Assembly: GCF_009914755.1 (NCBI RefSeq)
Contig: NC_060937.1
Direction: 5' to 3' (one strand)
Length of the DNA stretch: 64,000 nt
Source: the human T2T-CHM13v2.0 reference genome, Homo sapiens
The notes under the pieces are model-generated. The model was not told where the DNA came from and searched no databases. It saw nothing but the letters and a program-made list of their open reading frames with translations. The position numbers were made by a program, and so were the translations under genes. Position 1 is the first letter of the stretch; every line of letters starts with the position of its first letter. Shown here one piece after another: positions 15,690-27,283 of this stretch.

Positions 15690-15860
15690 GATACTTTATG
15701 TATTAAAGAAGCTGTTAACTGTTTTAACAGATAACTAACTCCCAATCCCAAAATTGTATAGTGTAAGCTCAAAAGCTTACACTATAGAAGTTTATATCTC
15801 TCCTTGGTAAGATCTGCTCAGGACTCCCTGATCAGTAAGTGACTCTCTTCCAATGTCTGG
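15690..15860. mobile_element. Old MLT1-like LTR fragment
   Basis: 'gctgttaac...cccaaaatt...gcttacac...agaagtttatatctc' resembles the MLT1J/K/L end. Weak match. Confidence 0.35.
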
Positions 15861-16279
15861 TATTCTCACACAGAGACTACTGTGTATGTATTTAGATGAA
15901 AACAAATGTCTGTGTTACTGGGAACTGGAATTTTGACATGAGAGAAATAAATACATAATTAAGAGAGAAAAAATTTTAAGAGAACACCTGTATTATCAAT
16001 AAAAATCAGATGAATGGCATCTCTTATTAAAAAAAAAATAAAGATACCCTCATCCGGCCCACAGAAAATGACTAGAAACACTGACCCACTCAAAAGGAAT
16101 GAGCACTACTGGTACCTAGGATCAGGACTCTTAGGGAAAAAAAAAGGCATTATTCTGAAAACTTATAGAAGAAAAGGAAGGAGTCAAACATTCATCTTGC
16201 ATTCTCTTTTTAACCCCTTCTCCAGGAGTCAGTTTTCATCCATGACTGGTGAGCTCATAAAAATAAACTGATATTGAGT

Positions 16280-16570
16280 AGGAGGCAGTGGCTCATGCTT
16301 GTAAATCCAGCATTTTGGAAGGCTGAGGTGGGAAGATCGCCTGAGCTAAGGAATTTACCAACCTGGGCAACATAGTAAAACCTCATCTCTACAAAACGTT
16401 AAAGAAGAAGAAGAAGAAAAAAAAAAAAAAAAAAGCCAGGCACACACCTGTAGTCTTAGCTACTCAGGAGGCTGAGGCAGAAATATTGCTTGAGCCCAGG
16501 AGGTTGAGTTTGCAGTGAGCTACATTTGTGCCACTGTACTTCAGCCTGGATGACAGGGTGAGATTGAGAA
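16280..16570 (+). mobile_element. AluJ-type element, diverged
   Basis: 'ggtgggaagatcgcctgagct', 'cctgggcaacatagt', 'ttgcttgagcccaggaggttgag'. Probable TSD aaactgatRtt at ~16265 and ~16699. Confidence 0.88.
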
Positions 16571-16700
16571 AGAAAGAAAAGAAAGAAAAGAAGGAAAAGA
16601 AAAGAAAGAAAGGAGGAAGGAAGGAGAGAAAGAGAGAGAGAAAGAAAGAAAGGAGGGAGGGAGGGAGGGAAGGAAAGAAGGAAGGAAGGAAGGAAGAGAA
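16568..16700 (+). repeat. Pure-purine (GAAA/GGAA/GGGA)n tract from the Alu tail
   Basis: ~130 nt containing only A and G. Confidence 0.95.
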
Positions 16701-18529
16701 ACTGATGTTATGTTCTTTAAATATGAGTACACAACATTATTACATGTGAAGAATTTTTTTACCAAAACCAAAATAAACTAGAAGACAAGCCATTTTTCAG
16801 CAACCAATTTACAAAAAATATAGGGAACAGCTGAAACTGTTAAGTGACATGGCAGGGCTTCAATCAGTAAAATGCAGACTCTGAAAACTCTACAGGACAA
16901 ACAATCTGATTCTTCAAAATACAAAATTCATGGAAAACAAAAAGACTAGGATGGGGGACCTAAAATATAGTTATGGAACACTAAACAATTACAATATATG
17001 GACTTTGCATATTTATTTGAATAAAAGTACTAAGGCTAAGAAATTTCAGCACTATTATTTATGATATGAAAAAAATTATTGCTAATGTTTAGGTATAATG
17101 ATATTGTGGTTATGTTTCATGTGAGTTTTGTATTTTAGGGACTGGCTTTCCTATGTTTGGAGATGAAATATTACGTTGTCTGGGATTGTTAAAAACAATT
17201 CTGAGTCAAAGAGAAATTGGCAGGGATTTAGAGGAAACAAAAACTTCCCATGATTTGATGATTGCAGAAGCTGAATAATTGGAATATATTTGTTCATTAT
17301 ACTACTCTATGTAGTATTTCATGGAGTTGAAAGATGTTATGAGACATGTTTTTTAAAGAAGTTTTGGGGTGGGAAATGGGCAGAAATGGAATGGTATGTG
17401 TGGTTGAGATAGGGGAAACCGAATAAGCCAAAAGGAAGGAAATATTTTAAAACCCAGAGTGCTATATACATGAAAAGATAGTGTTTTCAGGCAGTAGTTT
17501 CCATTTCATACTTAGAAACAATGAGCTATTAGACTGAAAAGAATGTTGGGCCATATTGAAGAGCTTTTACAGATGTGCTGATAACCTTGGAGACAGGAGA
17601 CAAGTGAGAAATGTATCCAACGTGGAGGCAAGAAACAAATATCTGTGTCATGGAGTAGGTCAGGGAATTGGGATGAGGGCACACTACATGAGAAATGTGG
17701 CAGAAACCCATCTTATGCAATGAATGAAGAAACTCAATGTGGAGGTAAAGGAGGAAGGGAGAGAATGAAGACATTTTCAAAATTTTGGAAACTGGTGATA
17801 GGAGGAGTTTTGAAATACGACTACTAATAAAAGAGCCTAGGAAAGAAGGCTATTGGGATGTGTGGGAGATGCGAGGAAAGGGAAAATTATTCTCAACTTC
17901 ACCGCTCCCAGCTCATAACAAATTCCTTTCAAGTGTTTCTTCTAATTATCGCCTATGCCCATCATTTCCTTTTTTTATTGACACTACCAATTTACTGGTA
18001 AAAACTGAAAGCTCAGACTGTTCCTTGTCCAAATTTTCTAAATCCTTCCTTTGAGCAAACCAATGTCTGCCTTATTCAAAATGCTATGATAGTTCCCCAC
18101 TGACCTACAAACAAAGTCAAGAATTTTTAGTGTTACACTTTTATTCTCTAACTACTGCCTTCATCTCTAGGGCAATTTCCTACTAAACTCAACATGATAT
18201 TAAATTTACATCAGGCTAGTCTTTTACCTGAAGTCTGACTTCATGATTCTTTCAATATTCTATTTTTATTTATGAAAAATATTCTCTGTGCCTCAAGGCA
18301 CAGCTGTGTTTCCACTCTCTCTGTATGGGTTGTTCTGAAAACTAAGCCACAATCAATTTTTTTTCCTATTTGAACAACTTCAGCATTACACAGAGATGCT
18401 GTGTCCATCTATCCTAGTGTTACACAAGGCAGATTTGTCCAGTGTGCAGTCCACGTGACAACATGGGTCTGCATCTGCCCTTTCTTGGTCTGTGGCCTTG
18501 GTTTGATATCTTGACTTCTCCGAGTCTCA

Positions 18530-19055
18530 GGTCTACATTTCCAGTGACTTCTCATCTTATTTCTTGTTAAAACTAAATTCCTCGCCCAGGTCTGCAAGGG
18601 TCTAGGTGATTTCACTTCCGTCGGAATCTCTAATTTCTTCCTCTTCTAGCTCCTCTCTTGCTCAGTTGGCTCCAGCATGAGGCCTCCTTGTGGTTCTTTG
18701 ATGACAGTGAGCATTATCCACCCAAAGGCAACCTTGTGTCTGCTTGTCTGGCTCTTCAGCAGATGGTCACATGGCCCAACTCCTCCTTCCTTCATTCTCT
18801 GCTCAGTTGTCTCCTTGTCAAGGAGGCCTTCCCTAACCTTCCTCATTGATATATCTCCACCACCCCAACCTACATACTCCCTCTTTCCCTAAGCTTAGTT
18901 TTTTTCTTTTCTTTCTTTTTTTTTTCAACATTAGCATCACTTTCCATGTTGTATGTGATGTGATTATTGACTTCCCTGCCTGGAAGATGAGCTCTAGGAG
19001 GGAAGTTATTTTGCCTTTATTCACTGATCTATCAACAAAATTAGAACAAATAAAT
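18530..19055 (+). mobile_element. L2 (L2a-like) 3' remnant
   Basis: 'ctccagc...ggcctccttg', 'aactcctccttccttca...tctctgctcag', 'gaggccttccctaacc', 'gagctctaggaggg...ttcactgatctatc'. Confidence 0.7.
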
Positions 19056-19966
19056 CATGTTGGGGATTGGCTCATATTAGGCTCTTTATTCTTTATAATA
19101 TTTTTAAAAATTAATACCTTACTATTTGTTGTGTAGAAATAAAGTGAGATAACTGATTCATGGTGCTCAATTAGTGGAAATTTTTAATAACATTTATTAT
19201 CTAGTTTAGATGATTTTATTTGAAAAATATTATAAACCTATTGAGCATGGATTATGTGTCAATTACCTTCTTCCTTTAATTATTTGAAGCAAGAGGTGAG
19301 CTTTTCTTGTCTGCTTTTTTGGAAGTATGGAAGAGAAAGAAGTAGTATCTATTTCCAAGTTTTGAAATGGTCAGATCAAGGAGAGGAACCACATGTAACT
19401 TTTATTATTTCCAGGACTTCAGTCATTTTTTCTACCTTAAGTATGGGATCACTCCTTTAAAAACTCTAACTTTTCTCTCTTATTTCAGTTTTTAGACAAA
19501 TTTAGAATCAGAAATTTGTTTGTGGGTTTCCAGGAAAAAATGGTGCCATGGCAAGAGTGTGAAAATGAAGGGAAGGCATTTACATGAAAGAACAAAGGGG
19601 TAATTTGGACTACGAGCCTTGCCATGAGTCAAGTTCTGGCGCCTGCACATAGAAGAGAACAAGAACAAATGTTCAAAACAAAAGGAAATGAAGTCAGGCC
19701 TGTGGACATTGAATACATCCTAGAAAATACGGTATGCATTTTGTCTTCAGTAAATAGTTTAGTTGTTCTATAACTGCAATTGTTCTCACTACTGTTTTGA
19801 AGCACAAAGCTTGTAGGCATAGTACTAGAAAAATCATTTGGGGAAATGTTTTCCCATAATTTAATCTAATATTTTCTGTAAGTATAATTTCAAAGCTAAA
19901 CCATTCATTAGCCAGTCCACCCACTTCTAGTTCTGTGAGTAAATGTATTTAACTTACTTTAGGTGA

Positions 19967-20040
19967 GGGGAGGAGAGTAAAGGGCTTTAATGGGAGGAGA
20001 GAAAAGGGCTTTAAGGGGAGGAGAGAAAAGGGCTTTAAGG
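19967..20040 (+). repeat. 24-bp minisatellite, 3 copies
   Basis: (g/t)gggaggagag(t/a)aaagggctttaa at 19967, 19991 and 20015. Confidence 0.95.
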
Positions 20041-20914
20041 AAAGCTGATGACTCTAGATAGTGATAGGCTAACTAGGCGGCAGCGGCACCATAATAATGA
20101 ACACAGCTTGATCTAGGAAGTATACAAATAGGAGACATTTTGTAAATATAAACAATTATATTTGTTCATATTTTCCAAAGTCTATAAAATAATTCATAAT
20201 GCTTCACATTCTGCTATTTACTCAGCTACAGATTACGCTCAAGATTGTTTTCCACATCGTAATAATTTTGATAATCCTTTTTTGTCATTTCAATTTTTTT
20301 ATTCTTACCTCTTGTAGATGTAATATAAGTTAAAAATGGTTGATTTGAAACAGAAAATGTAAACATCACTAGCTTTCAAGATTGAAAAAGCAAATGATTA
20401 ATTAAACATTGATGCTATCACAAAGTAAATTTTATCTATACTTGCTTTAAATACGTACATACTGGAAATTAAAATAAATTACAACTATAAATGCTTTTTA
20501 TTAAATTTTTTTTAAAAAAACAAATGACCTCTACAAATCCTTACTGTCCTCTAGTGATCTCAAATACCACCTGGAAAGGAATCCATATTTCTACTACAAT
20601 AATTGTGTAGTTTGTCTTGAAAATGTTATTCAAGGACAGCTTCTACTCAGAAAATTATAATCAAAAATATACAAAAGCACTTCGGTTATAAAATAGATAA
20701 AAATATTAGCATGAATGTCAACAGGAGAAGACTGTATGAATATTGGTTTGAGTAATAAGTCTTGAGTCTCCATTCACAGCCAAACACTTCAGAGCTTTGA
20801 CAAATGTATGCTTTTGGTAAATGTCTATTTATCATGACATGCATTGAACTAAACATTATACATTAGGATCTAACATTCTTCCACTCAAAAGCAAAACAAA
20901 CAGAATTAGTTTCC

Positions 20915-21000
20915 AATGATTGCTTTGTCACTTATTAGCTGTGAGACTACAAGCAATTCACTTTAACTCTATTAGCCTGTTTTCCTATTTCAAACATTGT
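20915..21000 (+). mobile_element. MIR fragment
   Basis: 'cacttattagctgtgagactacaagcaattcactttaactct...gcctgttttcct'. Confidence 0.6.
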
Positions 21001-24000
21001 CATGATCAGTAATGTCCGTCTTGGGACAGGCATGCAATGTCCATCACCATGACCAATGGCATGTCAAGAATGGTCAACAATCCATACTCTATGGTCACTG
21101 GAATTTACTCTGAGAGAAGGGATTCTTCTAGTCACTAGTTGAGTTATCCCAAATTTCTTCTGTTTGCAAGATGCACAAATCAATTCTTTATTCCCAAAAG
21201 CCTTTTTGCACAAAGCTGCTCCAGGCTTGTTAACAGAAAGCCATTTCTGGGCCCATCAGTAATCAGTTGACATTAGAGTAAAGAAAAATGTCATAATTAC
21301 AGATATGGCATAAGAATGACCACCAAGTATGAAATAGCAGTAGGAGCAAATGATTAATGTGATAACATATGTTCCACAATGCAATTCTATTTATTTAGAA
21401 TTATCACTTGAACTTTTTGTTAAATAAAATCAGTACAATTTTTAAGAAGAAGTACCACTTAGGCTGGCAGGTTTGCACACTTTTTTTGGGCAGATTTGTT
21501 TACCTCTCACCATATTACATTTTTAATGAAAAGAACATGCTATATGCAAATAAAAAGCATATTGCTTTCCTTGTGTGATGATTTCAAATTCTCAATTATT
21601 CAGAGAGGTAAAAATTTTAAAAGTGTAAAAACAAACAGGTGTATTGTTATTATTTAGGAAATGATATTTTACAGAGGGCTTTAGTCACACTGCTTTGTCC
21701 TTGGAAACTAACTTATATCATAGGCTTAAAACATAAAATTAATTTGGTATCATTGCTACAAGATTATTAATTCTGCTATGCATTAATAGTTTACTCACAT
21801 AAAAAAATCTGATTTTATTTGCTATGATGTCATTGAATAAATTTCCTTAATCCCGACAAAAGATGTTTTTTTCTAACTTTGGGTTCTTACACCTACAGAT
21901 ATAGAAATGATTTCTCATATATTATTATTTGCCTTTTTAGGCTATTAAACAGTATAACCTTGTTTAGCTTGCTTCATCAAATATGCATGCTTTTAGCAAT
22001 CTGATTCCTCATAATACCACTCACATTGTGCACTGGCAGCATTTCTGTTCCCTCTAATGTTTCTGTAACAGTCATACCACCAAGGAGGAGGCTGGGAGGA
22101 AGCATAGACTGCTGAAAATAGCAGCGTACCAGATTCTGTGAAGTGCTAGACCAATAATTTATATGTGGAAACACTACCAACAGTCTGGAATGCGACACCA
22201 TGTTATGCAAGCAAGGGAAATATTGAAATTTATCTTCCTTTGAACAACAATGAAAAAGGCAGCAAACTGTGGCAAAGCAAGCTATGAGGTCACTGCAATG
22301 TCATTGTGAATGCAGCTAACACTTGTGTCCTACTTTCCGGCACAGTTAGATTTTGATACGCTTTTCTTTTACATATGCATATGTGTGTGTAGACATGTGT
22401 ATATACCATCATAAATGTAAACGTTTTCCTCAGGCAAATTAATAATTCTTGAATTGGCAGGAAGGAAATATCTCCATTGTTCTGAATATATTTGCCCTGT
22501 GTTTGATGAATCTATGTTGACAAAAATAATTATGTGCCTCCCACTCTTTTTGGAATTAAAATGTGTAGGTCAGGAAAAACAAGTACACATTTCAGGGGTT
22601 TTGTTGAATGATTTTCTCCTGTCTTTGTACTTGAGTCACTGAACTTTTTCAATGTGTCAGAGCTGCCAGCAGCTACCTCTCCCCTAAATATTGATTTTGA
22701 CAGCTTTTCTGCATCATCACTGGCATATTCTATGCAATGTTTAGTTACACAATGAGGACCTGTGTAATCAAAAAATAAACTTAAATACATTTCCCTAGGT
22801 TCATAGGAATTACAGGCTGTGCTGTGCAGTGGGTTACTGTGGTCAACAGAAACCAGTCAAGATTATTTACAAAGTAATTTATTTATTTATATATGCAAAA
22901 TGCTCATTCAACAGATCATAGGTTGGAAAAAAATTAAGGAAAAGATGACTAATTTTTTGAAATATTTTCTTTAGGCCAGTGCTCTGCATTTACCACTCAC
23001 ATTATGGAAATTAGGCCATTTTATTCTTAGTCTTCTAACTTTGTAATCATAAAATATTGTAAAAAAAAACTCAGAAAATTTGAATTCTAGTTTTTTTTTC
23101 ATCTGTAACACATGAAACCATAAAATAGTGAAACTTTTCAGGATCTTACAAAATTAGCGTACAAAATGAGTGTTGGGGAATTGATTTTCAATGTATTCTT
23201 GTTAAATGGTATAATGAAGTTGCTAAGAACATTGTTACAAATACTTCAAAAACACTGAAATTGTTTTGTACAAAGAAAGGGTAGAGGGGCTTGTTACCTT
23301 GACTGCTCAGTCTGTCTCCTTAGCCTGTGGTACTAAGAAGTGGAGAGCTAGATGACTGGACTAGATGGATTTCAAGGGTGTTTGCAACTCTCTAATTTTG
23401 ATTCTCCAATTTTTGTAAATATCCTAAGGCCTGTGTTAAAGTGCAGAGATGATTAAAAGTCATGCTCTGACACAGTGATTTTGTAAATATAGACATAGTT
23501 TATAAACTTTGATTTTTCTTAAAACAAAGATGGAGTTAGAAAAAAATCTAAAATATATTGAAATATATAGGATGATTTCTCTTCAAAAGGAACACAAGAT
23601 GTGCCAAAATTTTTAAGTAACTTACCAAAATAATATTTTAGGGGAATGAATTATGTAATTATATGGATAATTTTATTGCCAACCTAGCGAAATGTAACCT
23701 TGATCTACTTTTGGTTATGTAAAGATTTTTAATTGTCACTTTTTACACTCTTAAATTTCCAGATATATTTAAAAAGAAGGCAAAATTAATTAAGATAGAA
23801 TAAATCACAAAGAACTCATTAACCAAAATACAAAAAAAGTAGAGAAAATCCAGTTTTAATGAAACCCTAGTAATACAATGATAGTTATAATTGACAAAGA
23901 TCTTTTTGAAACATATTCCTGATTCCATTTCTTTATAAGAATACATGAAGTATAATTCAAAAATTTATTTGATTTTCAATTCTTATGGGTGATATTTTAA

Positions 24001-24399
24001 TAATTGTAATTTATTATAAGAAAAGGGAAATTTTAAAATGGTTTAAGTGATTGGCATACATTTTGAAATCAGCAAATTTCAGCCCCAAAGGATTTAGGCA
24101 GTGTTTTTCGCCACCAAGCAAATTAAGCTATCTACTATGCATCATTTATTTCATATTAAACATCTCTCTGTTACAAAGACATAATAATATCTCTAGCTAT
24201 TATTGTATCAGCAAAATGTTTGTATTGATTGTATGTCAAATATTATATCAGGGAAAAGCATATCAGAGAATGTTGCCTCCATTTCCAACCTTCAATCTTT
24301 ACTCCATCCTTCTTTACTTCTCAAAGTGTTACAATTTTACAACTCATAATGGGAGTTCTATATCCTATGTATTTAGATAATATTCAGACAGCTACCATA

Positions 24400-24802
24400 T
24401 TTTTTTATTATACTTTAAGTTCTAGGGTACATGTGCACAATGTGCAGGTTTGTTACATATGTATACATGTGCCATGTTGGTGTGCTGCACCCATTAACTC
24501 GTCATTTACATTAGGTATATCTCCTAATGCTATCCCTCCCCCCTCCCCCCACCCCACAACAGGCCCTGGTGTGTGATGTTCCCCTTCCGATGTCCAAGTG
24601 TTCTCATTGTTCAATTGCCACCTATGAGTGAGAACATGCAGTGTTTGGTTTTTTGTCCTTGCGATAGTTTGCTGAGAATGATGGTTTCCAGCTTCATCCA
24701 TGTCCCTACAAAGGACATGAACTCATCCTTTTTATGGATGCATAGTATTCCTTTGTGTATATGTGCCACATTTTCTTAATCCAATCTATCACTGATGGAC
24801 AT
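24400..24802 (-). mobile_element. Short L1PA3/4-type 3' fragment
   Basis: Reverse L1 3'UTR beginning 'ttttattatactttaagttctagggtacatgtgcac'. TSD catatttt at 24396-24403 and 24800-24807. Confidence 0.96.
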
Positions 24803-25261
24803 ATTTTGATGTTTGTTCTTGGGATAGATAAATACAGTCTCATATTCACAGGTTTAGAAAGTTAGATACAAATTGAGCATTCCTAATCTGAAAATCTGAA
24901 ATGCTCCAAAATCCGAAATTGTTTGAGTGCCCACATGACACCACAAGTGGAAAATTCCACACCTGACCTCATGTGACAAGTGCAAGTCAAAACACAGACA
25001 GGTGTGCGACATTGAGAGTGTGGATTCACCAGCATCACAGTGAACACAGACCACCTAATGGTATCTGATTATGAAACAATCAAAGATTTATCACAATGAA
25101 AACTGAAGAGAACTATGAATACTTAATAGCTTGGTTGCAGAAATCTAATAAAAAACACAGCATCAAATTTTTAAAGGTTTGTAGTGATAAATCATCTACC
25201 CATCATGAAGCAGTGGAGCATCTACCCATCATTTTCAAGTTTGCCATGGTCATCACTGATG

Positions 25262-26110
25262 AAACAACCCCATCAAAAAGTGGGCGAAGGATATGAACAG
25301 ACACTTCTCAAAAGAAGACATTTATGCAGCCAAAAGACACATGAAAAAATGCTCATCATCACTGGCCATCAGAGAAACGCAAATCAAAACCACAATGAGA
25401 TACCATCTCACACCAGTTAGAATGGCAATCATTAAAAAGTCAGGAAACAACAGGTGTTGGAGAGGATGTGGAGAAATAGGAAGACTTTTACACTGTTGGT
25501 GGGACTGTAAACTAGTTCAACCATTGTGGAAGTCAGTGTGGTAATTCCTCAGGGATCTAGAACTAGAAATACCATTTGACGCAGCAATCCCATTACTGGG
25601 TATATACCCAAAGGATTATAAATCATGCTGCTATAAAGACATGTGCACACGTATGTTTATTGCGGCACTATTCACAATAGCAAAGACTTGGAACCAACCC
25701 AAATGTCCAACAATGATACACAGGATTGAGAAAATGTGGCACATATACACCATGGAATACTATGCAGCCATAAAACATGATGAGTTCTTGTCCTTTGTAG
25801 GGACACAGATGAAGCTGGAAACCATCATTCTCAGCAAACTATCGCAAGGACAAAAAACCAAACACCGCATGTTCTCACTCATAGGTGGAAATTGAACAAT
25901 GAGAACACATGGACACAGGAAGGGGAACATCACACACCAGGGCCTGTTGTGGGCTGGGGGGAAGGGGAGGGATAGCATTAGGAGATACACCTAATGTTAA
26001 ATGACGAGTTAATGGGTGCAGCACACCAACATGGCACATGTATACCTATGTAACTCAACTGCACATTGTGCACATATACCCTAAAACTTAAAGTATAATA
26101 AAAAAAAAAA
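25262..26110 (+). mobile_element. 5'-truncated L1PA3/4-type fragment inserted in Tigger4
   Basis: ORF2 C-terminal pieces (ORFs 25293-25544 and 25641-25895), 3'UTR, and poly-A to 26110. Confidence 0.96.
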
Positions 26111-26113
26111 GGA

Positions 26114-27283
26114 AGAAAATCTGATGCCAAAACAAGTCTATAATGCGAATGAAACTTCACTGTTTTGGTGTTCCCTGCCAAAATTGACTACAGCCAATGA
26201 GACAGCTCATACAGGAATTAAGAATGCCAAGAACAGAACACCTGCACTGTGCTAATGCAGCAGGCGTACATAAGTGTAAACTCGCCATGATAGGCAAAGC
26301 TTGCATCCTCACTGCTTTCCATGAGTACATTTCTTACTAGGTCGTTACTATGCTAATGAAAAAGGATAGGTCATCAGGGGCAGCTTTTCTGACTGGTTTC
26401 ATCACCATTTTGTACTAGCAGCTCATGTTCACTGCAGGGAAGCTGGACTGGATGAGGACTGCAAGATTTTGTTATTCCTTGACAACTGTTCAGCAGATCC
26501 TGCAGCTGAAATTCTCTTTAAACATTCATGTTTATTTCATGTGTTTTCCCCAAATGTGACTTTATTAATTCAGCTGTGTGACAAAGGTATCCTTAGATCA
26601 ATGAAAATTAATATAAAAAATACTTTCTTGAATACCATGCTAGCTAGCATCAGTGAATAGTGGTATAAATATGAAAGTTTCTAAAAAGGAACTTAGCATG
26701 AAGGATGCTGTTTTGGCTTTTGCCAAGGCTTGGAACACAGGAACTAAATACATAGCTATGCATGTCTAGCATACCCTCTGGGTCTGCAACTATGCTCAGT
26801 GATGAGGATTAATAAGGTGGTGACTTTGAGGGATTCTGTGTATCAAGTGAGAATAAAATGTTGTCTGACCTCTTTACATATGCAAAAAATATACCTTCAG
26901 AGTCCCTCAGTAAACTGGATGAAGTGAACATTGAAGAATGTTATAGACGTTATTGATATTAAGGCTCAGTTGTTCACTCATTGACTGATGGAGAAATAGC
27001 CAAAATGGTTCAGAATCAAGGTGATCATGATAATAGTGGCAATGAAGATGACATTGTTAACCCTGCAGAGAAAGTGCCTACAGAAGACATAATGAAAATG
27101 TTTAATCAGCTTATTGAAGGACTGGAGCAGCATGGATTCATAGAGCAAGAAATCATGTCAGTTTATAAAATCAAAGAGAGGCTTGTAAGAAAAAATATTG
27201 TTAATGAGGGAGATGACTGGAGGAAACACTTTAGAAGCCATCCAGCCGAATATGTCCTCTTCCCCAGAGGACCCACTTCCTAA
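26114..27283 (+). pseudogene. Decayed pogo/Tigger DDE transposase (CENP-B/Jerky-related)
   Basis: Remnants ENLMPKQVYNANETSLFW (~26115) and LFLDNCSADP...FSPNVTLLIQLCDKGI (ORF 26469-26660), plus an acidic C-terminal piece (ORF 26981-27283). Multiple stops and frameshifts. Confidence 0.8.

Larger units (their letters stand above)
16000..17355 (+). mobile_element. Old L1M (L1MC4/5-like) 3' end, interrupted by an AluJ
   Basis: 'aaactctacaggacaaacaatctg', 'taggtataatgatattgtggttatgttt', 'gatgaaat...tgtctgggatt' and 'gttcattatactactct' are typical L1MC 3'UTR phrases. Confidence 0.65.

Noticed and set aside
16528-16771. K/E/R-rich and S/L/P-rich ORFs, also at 50661-50981
   Set aside because: They are translations of purine or pyrimidine simple repeats that lack stop codons.
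25795-25815. Shared variant 'acacagatgaag' in the 25.3-kb and 61.5-kb L1s suggesting gene conversion
   Set aside because: It is explained by alternative decay of one ancestral CpG (CG to CA versus TG). One site is not evidence of conversion.
26114-27283. Possible domesticated transposase gene (JRK/TIGD-like)
   Set aside because: The frame is broken by stops, frameshifts and an L1 insertion, and the first catalytic Asp reads as Asn.
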